DNA of 64,000 nucleotides from an uncultured Bacilli bacterium (GTDB lineage Bacteria; Bacillota_I; Bacilli_A; RFN20; CAG-826): NCBI GenBank assembly GCA_944368975.1, contig CALVXI010000002.1, positions 111,110 to 175,109 of the forward strand, read 5' to 3'. Shown piece by piece: positions 29,474 to 37,298 of this stretch (position 1 is its first letter; each line of letters starts with the position of its first letter). The notes under the pieces were generated by a model. It saw only the letters and a program-made list of their open reading frames with translations, ran no database searches and was not told where the DNA came from. The position numbers and the translations under genes were made by a program.

Positions 29474-31345
29474 ATGAAAAATATTAGTGTTGCTTTAGCT
29501 TTATTATCAACAACATTAAGTATAGGAACGCCAGCTTCCATTTTAAGCAACGCTAATAATATTTCTTTTAATAATGAATTAAAATTTGATAATACTAATG
29601 TACTTGATGATTTATTAAGTTCTGATAACTTTAATATTTTAGACTATCCATATAAAGAAAATGAAGGCATTAAAATCATTAATTTTGTCGAATATGAGTA
29701 TAGTTTTTATTCAAATTTACAAAGTAATTATTCACTTTATATATATTTATATAATCCAAGTAATCTAAATATTAATGTTGATAGCAGTCTTAACAAAATA
29801 CAATTAGCTACACACTGGAACGATGACCATTACCCGGACGAATATAAAAAATTTAATCTTAAATTTTTAAATAAAAGCGAAGATTCGAATTATTACAATT
29901 TATTTTATAAATTTAAAATTGAATTAAGCGGTAATGAAAAAACTGAGTTATTGGCTAACTTAAATAGCAACGAAAGAAGATATGATATATCAGGATTAGA
30001 ACTTTATATTAATGATGAACAAGATGTTATTGAATATTCAGTTGGTGGTACATATAGGTTTACTGGCTTTAGTGAAGGACTTGGAAGTTCAAGTGAAGAT
30101 ACTTTAAGCTGTGAAGTTACTGACTTAGAAACCATTGATTTAGAAGTTCATCCAACATATTATCGATTAGATTCAAGCTCGAAAGGGAAAAATTATAAAT
30201 CCGAAATTGATAGTGTCTATTTTTCTATCCCTAACTATTATTTAGAAACTTACGGAAATCTGCAAAAAATAAAAGCTGAATGGTATGAATATAAGACTTC
30301 ACCTATTTTTGTAATCGATGACTTAGAAAGCTATAATAAACTTAAAAATATACAAGGAATATATGTTAATTCCTTCAGTTGGGATGAAGCATTAACTTTT
30401 AATTCTAGTTCGCCAGTGACTGAATTTGATTCAACAATTGGAGTAGGTGAAATGGGATCATCTTCCTCAACGGTTGATGAGGGCGCAATCATGTTTAATA
30501 TGATGGGTAAGACCGGTCAAATTCCATCGGTGACATATTATAATTATTATATAAAAGCTATAACCTGGTTATTTTATACTAATGGAATTGATTATAGCGA
30601 ATATGAAATAGAAGCTAATGAATTACTCGATTTTGCTGATTCTTATACATTCTTTAATGAAGGAACAAATGAGGTTGGTTTAAGTAAGGAATTATTTAAA
30701 GGAAAAGTAGAAGAAGGACGAACTGAAGGATACAATTTAAAGGAATTCGATGCATCAGAAGATAGTTTTAATTTATTGAATTACGATGAAAATGTTGAAG
30801 GGTGGAAGAAATTTCTTGATTATTTCTTAAATTGGTCAAATATACCAGATGATTCTTCTATTAAAGAAATTGCACCTATTGTTAATTTAAATGAATATTC
30901 AAGTTCTAATGAATTATTTAGTGATGAGATATTAGTTAATAATAATGATTTAGATGAATTAAAAAGTACTTTTGAAAGTGATAAATCTAGTGATAAATCT
31001 ACATTTTTATTTAGATTTGCAACAAATGATTATTATAGCTCACCAGTTTATTTTAACGACACAAGCGGTCAATATAGAAGCGATCCTATTGGTTATGTAG
31101 CTAAAGCTTCCATGTTTGCTAACTTTGATATTATTACATTAACTTTTAGTAAAGAAGGTAAATACACTGTAATCCCTGTTGTTCATGATCCAATTGATAT
31201 TATAGGCGATATTACGCCACCACCAAAAACAAGCACATGGTGGGAGCGCTTATTACAAATATTAATAGGAGTTGGGATACTTGGATTATCTATTTTCTTA
31301 ATTGTTAAGCTTATTAAAGCGATTGGTGAATATAGTAGAAGTTAA
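29474..31345 (+). CDS. Large type-I membrane protein (signal peptide plus C-terminal TM anchor)
   Basis: Signal peptide MKNISVALALLSTTLSIGTPASILSNA. C-terminal WWERLLQILIGVGILGLSIFLIVKLIKAIG followed by a short basic tail. Confidence 0.75.
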   Translation: MKNISVALALLSTTLSIGTPASILSNANNISFNNELKFDNTNVLDDLLSSDNFNILDYPYKENEGIKIINFVEYEYSFYSNLQSNYSLYIYLYNPSNLNINVDSSLNKIQLATHWNDDHYPDEYKKFNLKFLNKSEDSNYYNLFYKFKIELSGNEKTELLANLNSNERRYDISGLELYINDEQDVIEYSVGGTYRFTGFSEGLGSSSEDTLSCEVTDLETIDLEVHPTYYRLDSSSKGKNYKSEIDSVYFSIPNYYLETYGNLQKIKAEWYEYKTSPIFVIDDLESYNKLKNIQGIYVNSFSWDEALTFNSSSPVTEFDSTIGVGEMGSSSSTVDEGAIMFNMMGKTGQIPSVTYYNYYIKAITWLFYTNGIDYSEYEIEANELLDFADSYTFFNEGTNEVGLSKELFKGKVEEGRTEGYNLKEFDASEDSFNLLNYDENVEGWKKFLDYFLNWSNIPDDSSIKEIAPIVNLNEYSSSNELFSDEILVNNNDLDELKSTFESDKSSDKSTFLFRFATNDYYSSPVYFNDTSGQYRSDPIGYVAKASMFANFDIITLTFSKEGKYTVIPVVHDPIDIIGDITPPPKTSTWWERLLQILIGVGILGLSIFLIVKLIKAIGEYSRS

Positions 31346-31363
31346 GCTTTTTGAGGTGAAAAA

Positions 31364-31732
31364 ATGGGCATTAAGGTTAACAAGAAAGTTTTAATAATAG
31401 TATCAATCGTTCTATTGATCATAGGATTATTTCTAATTTATTCTGCAAATGCTTTTAGTTATACTAAAGAACAATCATTTAATTCTGATGTTCTTATTAA
31501 TAAAACATTTGTTAGTGAGAATCGTGCTCTAAGATTTAATGACGAAACTAATGGCGAAGCTATTACAACAGCTGACAGTTCAAAATATTATTTATTTACA
31601 TATGAAATAAACAAGTCAACTTTAGTATTAACATATACTAATAATTCGCAAGCTATATTTCTCATTTGTAACGCTGAAAAACTATGGTCAACAGCTAATA
31701 GTTATTTTCTTTATTATGTAGAAGGTATTTGA
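31364..31732 (+). CDS. N-terminally anchored small membrane protein
   Basis: RBS GAGGTG, TM VLIIVSIVLLIIGLFLIY, TGA stop. Confidence 0.6.
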   Translation: MGIKVNKKVLIIVSIVLLIIGLFLIYSANAFSYTKEQSFNSDVLINKTFVSENRALRFNDETNGEAITTADSSKYYLFTYEINKSTLVLTYTNNSQAIFLICNAEKLWSTANSYFLYYVEGI

Positions 31733-31733
31733 T

Positions 31734-34025
31734 ATGAAGAAAATATTTAATAAAGAAAAGATACTTAAATTATTTACTAATAAAAAATTTATTATTTTAT
31801 TTTTATTGGTTATTTTTAGCTTAATTATTTTTAGTATTTTCCCATGTAATTTAGCAAGACTTATATTTAATGTTTATTTTGTGATTGCAACATTAATATT
31901 TTATTTTGCGCATTTATTTGGAGTTAATTATCCTTTGCCTTTAACACCATATGACTTATTTATTAACAATCAACCAGGATCAATTGGTGGTGGTAATGGT
32001 GGTGAATATTATAATGATGTTATTTTTAGAATAAGAACTTATTTCACAATGATCTTTACAGGCTCGTATGCTCAGGAAGGTTTATCAAGTTTAGTTGCAT
32101 CAGGAAGAATTGCGCTTTTAATTATTACATTATTAATATTTTTTTGGATTATTTTTATAATCTTTAATTCAATGTATTTTGATGAAGGTAAATCAGTTAA
32201 ATTCGGCTACACAAAAAACTATTTAAGAATTGATAATTTCTTTAATTCTATTAAAGAAGATGTAAAAGCCTTTTTAAATGTTTTTAATGGCGATTTAAGC
32301 TATAAATTTATTAAGTCGATTAAATTATATTTGATATTCATAATATTACTTAATACAGGTTTATTATCATTAATAATAGAAGTTTATTGTTATTTATTAA
32401 TCTTAGTATCAAGCTTTAATTTAGAGAGCATTTATTGGAGCATACGTAGTTTCCAATTCTATTTTGCCCATTTAACTACGTATATTCCTTTAAGTGCTCT
32501 TATTGTTTTAATTTTTGTTATTTATAATTTATATAGAAAAAGAAAAGCTTATAAAAAGCTTACAAAATACGACGAGAAAAATAAGGAATTTGCTTCTAAG
32601 TTAGGAATAATAATTAGTGTACTAGGATTTCCTGGCGCAGGTAAAACAACTATGGCTGTATCATTGATGCAAGACTATGAAGAAATGTATCGTGAGAAAG
32701 CTTTTAACTTAATGATGAAGCAAAGAAATAAATTCTTAGAATTTAATTGGGCTGAATACGATATTTATCTATCACAAATAATAAGTCAAAATCTAGTATA
32801 TAATAGAGTTCAATTAAGAGAATTGTTAGATAAATTATTAGATGATCAAGTAATTAATAATGAATTATTCAATTATAAATTAGCTAGAAAGATTCAACAT
32901 TATGATGGCTTGATTATTAGTAAATTAAAAGAAGCTTTATTAATCTATGCTGAAGCTTATTTTTACTATTCAAGCGATAAACCTAGATGCTATGCTAATA
33001 GCTCGATTTTATTTAAGTATAGAAAAATAAATAATAATAATAATTCAATGCCTCAATTTGTTTATCGTTATTTTGAGGATGAAACAAAACTAGATAATGA
33101 AGATTATCATCGAAGTTCTTTACTTTATATGGATTTTATGAGCTTAGGAATGAAAGTTAATAAAAACTATGGATGTATTGATTCTGGTATTATCTTTTTT
33201 ACCGAAAAAGATAAAGAATTCGGAAATAAAAACACTAATGCTGGTGAATCTAGAAAAGAAGAAGATAAAGTTAATGTTTATAACAGATTAACAGATGTTT
33301 ATTTAATGTTATCGCAACATTTACATACGATAGATTCGCAACCATTTTTTAGATATATCAACGACTATCAACGATCAGGAACTGTTGGAGTTGATTATGC
33401 TGGAATTACTGAATCGACAATTAATATAGATAGCTCGAATAAAGTAAGGATACTTTATTCGAATTGGATAATTGGAAGAGCTTTATACGAGTTCTTTATA
33501 ACTAGGTTAGAAAATTTCTTTATTAAATCTGCTATAAATAGAGAAGTTCATAATGTTTTTGAATGGATATTAATTAAAGTCTATAATATCCTAGCTCGAA
33601 TTTATTATTATAGAATTAATAGCTTTAGTATAACTGTTAAAAATATATCTGTATTAGGTCATGAAAATGATATGCCTAATAATTATTATTTTTTATGGAA
33701 AAAGATTTATGCAGGTGTTTTTAAAACTGATTGTTTTAAGGAATTTTTTAGTCATATGTACGAAGATAAAGCTAGAGTTTTTGATAGTGAAGAAGTTCCA
33801 GGTGATTATATAACAGAAGATCAATACAAGAAATTAGGCTCTTTATTTATCGATAAGCTTGAAAATTATGATGGTTTAAAAACGATGGAAGAACTTGAAA
33901 AAATAGAAGCTAATAGAAAGAAAATTAAAAATTTAAAAAAATCTAAAAAAGAAAAAAATAATGAAGATTTGCAAGGAAAAAACGAGAAAAAGGCAAATAA
34001 AAAGAAGAAGGAAGCTAAAAAATGA
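31734..34025 (+). CDS. Polytopic-membrane P-loop NTPase (FtsK / T4CP / Zot-like architecture; family unresolved)
   Basis: Several hydrophobic helices in the first ~290 aa. Walker A GFPGAGKTT (nt 32625-32651). Walker-B-like IIFFTE (nt 33189-33206). K-rich tail. ATGA overlap with the integrase. Confidence 0.75.
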   Translation: MKKIFNKEKILKLFTNKKFIILFLLVIFSLIIFSIFPCNLARLIFNVYFVIATLIFYFAHLFGVNYPLPLTPYDLFINNQPGSIGGGNGGEYYNDVIFRIRTYFTMIFTGSYAQEGLSSLVASGRIALLIITLLIFFWIIFIIFNSMYFDEGKSVKFGYTKNYLRIDNFFNSIKEDVKAFLNVFNGDLSYKFIKSIKLYLIFIILLNTGLLSLIIEVYCYLLILVSSFNLESIYWSIRSFQFYFAHLTTYIPLSALIVLIFVIYNLYRKRKAYKKLTKYDEKNKEFASKLGIIISVLGFPGAGKTTMAVSLMQDYEEMYREKAFNLMMKQRNKFLEFNWAEYDIYLSQIISQNLVYNRVQLRELLDKLLDDQVINNELFNYKLARKIQHYDGLIISKLKEALLIYAEAYFYYSSDKPRCYANSSILFKYRKINNNNNSMPQFVYRYFEDETKLDNEDYHRSSLLYMDFMSLGMKVNKNYGCIDSGIIFFTEKDKEFGNKNTNAGESRKEEDKVNVYNRLTDVYLMLSQHLHTIDSQPFFRYINDYQRSGTVGVDYAGITESTINIDSSNKVRILYSNWIIGRALYEFFITRLENFFIKSAINREVHNVFEWILIKVYNILARIYYYRINSFSITVKNISVLGHENDMPNNYYFLWKKIYAGVFKTDCFKEFFSHMYEDKARVFDSEEVPGDYITEDQYKKLGSLFIDKLENYDGLKTMEELEKIEANRKKIKNLKKSKKEKNNEDLQGKNEKKANKKKKEAKK

Positions 34026-35113
34026 GCGTATATTTAGATAAAAAAACAAATAGATATTACATATCGCATAGAGTGAATCAAAAGCAAAAAGTAATGAGAA
34101 GGGACTTAAATGGAAATCCTTTTAAAACGCGTAAAGAAGCTATTTTATTTGAAGAAAAATATTTTAGTAATTTAAATAATAGCTTTTATGAAAATCAAAA
34201 CAAAACATTTAAACAACTTGAAAAAGTGATTATACAAAGATTAGGAATGTACTATAAAGTCACTACACTTCATTCAATAAAAGAAACATACACGAAATAT
34301 TTTTTAGCATTTTTTGGTAATACAAAATTAAAAAATTTGACATATGAATCTTTGCTTGAATATCGCAGATATTTAGTAGAAAGATGTGGTGAATATACTT
34401 CTATTAAAAGTGTAGAAGCTAATAGCAAAGCTATATTAAAAATTATAAATGAATTATTTAATACAAATATTAACGAGAAAGTATTAGCAATAAGGAATAA
34501 AAAGCAAAAAGTTACTAAATTAAATTATTATACATTTGATGAATTTAATAAATATTTAGGAGTAATTAAAGATGACAACGATAAATTAATTTTTTTACTT
34601 TTATATTATTATGGACTTCGCATAGGTGAACTAAGAGCATTAGGTTCTAGCTCTTTCGATTTAGTTAATAATTTATTGATAATAGAAAGAGCAGTTACTG
34701 ATCATGTTGGGATGAAGAAAGCGATTGTTATTGAGCCTAAAAACAAAAGTTCAGTTCGCTCATACCCTTTATTGAAGGATATTAAGACTTTATATATTAA
34801 AATCTATGGAGAGAATTTTAAAGGCGATTTCATATTAAGCAAAAATCCTAAAAAGCCAATAGGTGGAACAACCATTTGCAGAAAGAATTTCAAATACAGT
34901 AAGGAAGCAGGATTACAACATATAAGAATCCATGATTTTAGGCACTCATGTGCAATTTATTTATATAGTAATAATTTTAATAGTGCTAGTATTGCTAAAT
35001 GGTTAGGGCATAGTAGTACTCAAACTACCGAAAGAACATATATACATTATAGAGATGATGTAAAAGATAAAATAAAAGAATTTATTGAAAAAAATCAAGT
35101 ACTAAAAGACTAA
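34022..35113 (+). CDS. int: Tyrosine recombinase / phage-type integrase with N-terminal arm-binding-like domain
   Basis: Catalytic signature GLRIGELRAL ... IHDFRHSCAIYL ... LGHSSTQTTERTYIHY. N-terminus YLDKKTNRYYISHRV...FKTRKEA. Confidence 0.92.
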   Translation: MSVYLDKKTNRYYISHRVNQKQKVMRRDLNGNPFKTRKEAILFEEKYFSNLNNSFYENQNKTFKQLEKVIIQRLGMYYKVTTLHSIKETYTKYFLAFFGNTKLKNLTYESLLEYRRYLVERCGEYTSIKSVEANSKAILKIINELFNTNINEKVLAIRNKKQKVTKLNYYTFDEFNKYLGVIKDDNDKLIFLLLYYYGLRIGELRALGSSSFDLVNNLLIIERAVTDHVGMKKAIVIEPKNKSSVRSYPLLKDIKTLYIKIYGENFKGDFILSKNPKKPIGGTTICRKNFKYSKEAGLQHIRIHDFRHSCAIYLYSNNFNSASIAKWLGHSSTQTTERTYIHYRDDVKDKIKEFIEKNQVLKD

Positions 35114-35136
35114 ATAAAACGCTTCGAAATTTATGC

Positions 35137-35165
35137 TTGCTAATATGATAGCACTATCATATAAT
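35137..35165 (+). promoter_or_regulatory. Sigma70-type promoter with embedded palindromic operator
   Basis: TTGCTA (35137-35142), 17 nt, TATAAT (35160-35165). The spacer is the palindrome ATATGATAG-CA-CTATCATAT (35143-35162). Confidence 0.6.
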
Positions 35166-35191
35166 AAGAAATAAGAAAGGAGGTAAGAAAA

Positions 35192-35356
35192 ATAGGTAGT
35201 GCACAGACGAGAGCTCATAATAAATATAATAAGAAAACTTATAGAAGATTTACTCTAAGAGTAAGGTATGATGATCAAGAAATAATAAATAAACTTGAAA
35301 GTTGTAATTCTATAAATGAGTATTTGCTCTCATTAATTAAAAAAGACATACAATAA
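35192..35356 (+). CDS. 54-aa ribbon-helix-helix (CopG/Arc-like) protein, apparent ATA start
   Basis: AHNKYNKKTYRRFTLRVRYDDQEIINKLESCNSINEYLLSLIKKDIQ fits the RHH pattern. SD AAGGAGG lies 8 nt upstream of ATA. No in-frame ATG/GTG/TTG after the upstream stop at 35165. Confidence 0.55.
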   Translation: MGSAQTRAHNKYNKKTYRRFTLRVRYDDQEIINKLESCNSINEYLLSLIKKDIQ

Positions 35357-35460
35357 AAAAAGCAAGCATCCTAGTTTTCGAGGCTCGATACTTGCTAGAT
35401 AGAATTGTACTACCTTTTATTATTCTATCAAAAATTACTCGAAATTAAAGGAGTTAATTT

Positions 35461-35601
35461 ATGGCAAACAAAAAGTTCATCCTTTACAAGGATGGTAAAA
35501 AGGTAAGTGAAGAAACTTCAAAAGGTTTATTCGATGTTCCAATAATTAACCTAGTTAGGTTAGGTATTAAAGTTAAATTTGAGGAAGTTAGGAGTAATTG
35601 A
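35461..35601 (+). CDS. 46-aa hypothetical protein (possible excisionase-size ORF)
   Basis: RBS AAAGGAG 7 nt upstream. The TGA stop lies 1 nt before the next ATG. Confidence 0.4.
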   Translation: MANKKFILYKDGKKVSEETSKGLFDVPIINLVRLGIKVKFEEVRSN

Positions 35602-35602
35602 T

Positions 35603-35929
35603 ATGAGTAAGGAAGAATTTGACAGTAAATTTAATGAAATACAAAAAATCGCTGAGATTAAATTTGATCCTGATGATTTAGATAAACTATTGGAGATAGT
35701 TGATGTGGTTAATATGTTTTATATCAATTTAATTAAGTTATTGGGAAGAGGAGAGAACGTTCACCGTTATTCTCTAGAACAATTAGAAGCTATATCTGAA
35801 TCATTAGTTAAAAGATTAACTAAATTTGATATTTTAGCTGATAAATATATTGATTTGTGTAAAGAAGCAAATGAACGTTATTCGGTTGCATTAGATCAAT
35901 TTTTAAAGGGAGCAGATAACGATGACTAA
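35603..35929 (+). CDS. 108-aa hypothetical helical protein
   Basis: ATG at 35603 preceded by AGGAG. The track's TTG start at 35579 is less likely. Confidence 0.6.
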   Translation: MSKEEFDSKFNEIQKIAEIKFDPDDLDKLLEIVDVVNMFYINLIKLLGRGENVHRYSLEQLEAISESLVKRLTKFDILADKYIDLCKEANERYSVALDQFLKGADNDD

Positions 35930-36134
35930 AAAAGAAATAAGAAAATATATTCGTGATAATTATAATTTAGTTGTTAGCTATGATTTATTTAATAAAAATA
36001 TAATAACATCTATGCGTAATGTTCGCGACTTTGCTATTAATAGATTAAGTTCTGGAAGGCACTCAATTATCTTTTTATATAAAAGCGGAGCTTTTGACAC
36101 ACAACAAATTATTATTGAAGATTATGTAATATAA
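35922..36134 (+). CDS. 70-aa hypothetical protein
   Basis: Overlaps the upstream gene by 8 nt. RBS-like GGGAG. Confidence 0.5.
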   Translation: MTKKEIRKYIRDNYNLVVSYDLFNKNIITSMRNVRDFAINRLSSGRHSIIFLYKSGAFDTQQIIIEDYVI

Positions 36135-36191
36135 ATAATTAAAAAAATATTCTTGTTTTGCAGACTTTTTAATAAAAAATGAGGTAATTTT

Positions 36192-36731
36192 ATGGAAAAA
36201 AAGATATTTAATGGTTGGTTTAAATTTTCTAAAGTTTATTTAGATCATGCTAAATATTTAATTAAAGGAACTTATTCAGATAGATATGTTGGCTATTACT
36301 ATTTAACCCTTTATTCGATTTTAGCTAGTGATTGTGATGTTATAATGTCTGGTGGTAAGCTTCCAGTTAATGAAGATGGTAATTTAGATATGAGCAAAAT
36401 ATCGATTATTTTAGATATTGATAAAATAGAAGCAGTTTCGTTTATTAATCTACTAAAAGAATGTGGACTATATAACGATGGGTATTTAACTAATATTGAT
36501 TTATTTTATGGCAACTTGCACAGAAAAGCTTTTGATAATAAACGATACTATGATCCTAAAAGAGGAATTTTTCATCAATCAGGGAAAGTTGTGTGGTGTG
36601 ATTCACATCACAACAGTTTTTATAAGCTGCTAAAAGACCTTTCTTCTGAAGAACTGATAGATGCTAAAGCCTATGCTTTAGAGGCAATTGAAGCAGGAAA
36701 AAAATATAAGGAAAAAGAATTAAAAGAATAA
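36192..36731 (+). CDS. Phage replisome-organizer-like (DnaD-like N-terminal) protein
   Basis: WFKFSKVYLDH...YYYLTLYSILASDCDVIMSGGKLPVNEDG...ISIILDIDKIEAVSFINLLKECGL resembles the replisome organizer N-terminal region. Judged by eye only. Confidence 0.45.
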   Translation: MEKKIFNGWFKFSKVYLDHAKYLIKGTYSDRYVGYYYLTLYSILASDCDVIMSGGKLPVNEDGNLDMSKISIILDIDKIEAVSFINLLKECGLYNDGYLTNIDLFYGNLHRKAFDNKRYYDPKRGIFHQSGKVVWCDSHHNSFYKLLKDLSSEELIDAKAYALEAIEAGKKYKEKELKE

Positions 36732-37181
36732 GTTATACTATTAAATAGGCTATTTAGACTTACGCAGGTTTCTGATCTATATTTGTTGGCTACTTGTTAA
36801 ATAGAAGCGTTTTACTGCTAAAGAAGTCGTTATATAGCTAAAATTTTCTTAAAAAGGCTCAAAAAAATGAGTCCTTTTTGGCATTTACTTATAAAGAAAC
36901 ATTAAAACCATTGAACATTTAAGAGATTATAGAGATATAAGAGAAAAGAATTAAGAAATTAGAAATAAAAAAACGAAACTAACAAGTAGCCACTTTAAGT
37001 TTTAAAGTAAGTAAAATTATTTTAGTTAGTTTGTTTATATAGCACCCCCTATAGATTACCTAGAAGGGTATATCCTGGGATAGTATGTGGAAAACTCATC
37101 ATTAATTTTAGTTTTTAATTTATTTATTATTTTTTTAAAATAATAAAGTAAAGAAAATTAAAAACGAAATATTAATTTTAT

Positions 37182-37209
37182 AAAAAAAAGATTCGCGCGA
37201 AGAGCGAAT
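37182..37209 (-). terminator. Element-borne intrinsic terminator downstream of tRNA-Leu
   Basis: On the minus strand: stem ATTCGC/GCGAAT with a 7-nt loop, followed by a T8 run. Confidence 0.7.
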
Positions 37210-37212
37210 TCC

Positions 37213-37247
37213 TTTATCAATTTTTATCAATTTTTTATCAATTTTTT
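37213..37247 (+). repeat. Three direct TATCAATTTT(T) repeats at 10-11 nt phasing (candidate arm-type sites, right arm)
   Basis: TATCAA at 37215, 37225 and 37236, lying 26-58 nt from the att core. Confidence 0.5.
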
Positions 37248-37271
37248 GAAAAAGTTCGATGCAATCGATAT

Positions 37272-37298
37272 TTTTTTAATTTTGGTGCGAGAAATGAG
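37272..37298 (+). repeat. att core, tRNA-proximal copy
   Basis: Identical 27-mer. Positions 37283-37298 are the 3' 16 nt of tRNA-Leu. Confidence 0.9.

Larger units (their letters stand above)
23882..37298. mobile_element. Integrated element (candidate plasmavirus-like provirus or novel integrative element) in the 3' end of tRNA-Leu(GAG)
   Basis: Perfect 27-bp direct repeats at both ends, one overlapping the tRNA 3' end. Carries a tyrosine integrase, XRE repressor, RHH and replisome-organizer-like gene. Flanks are housekeeping. Confidence 0.85.
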
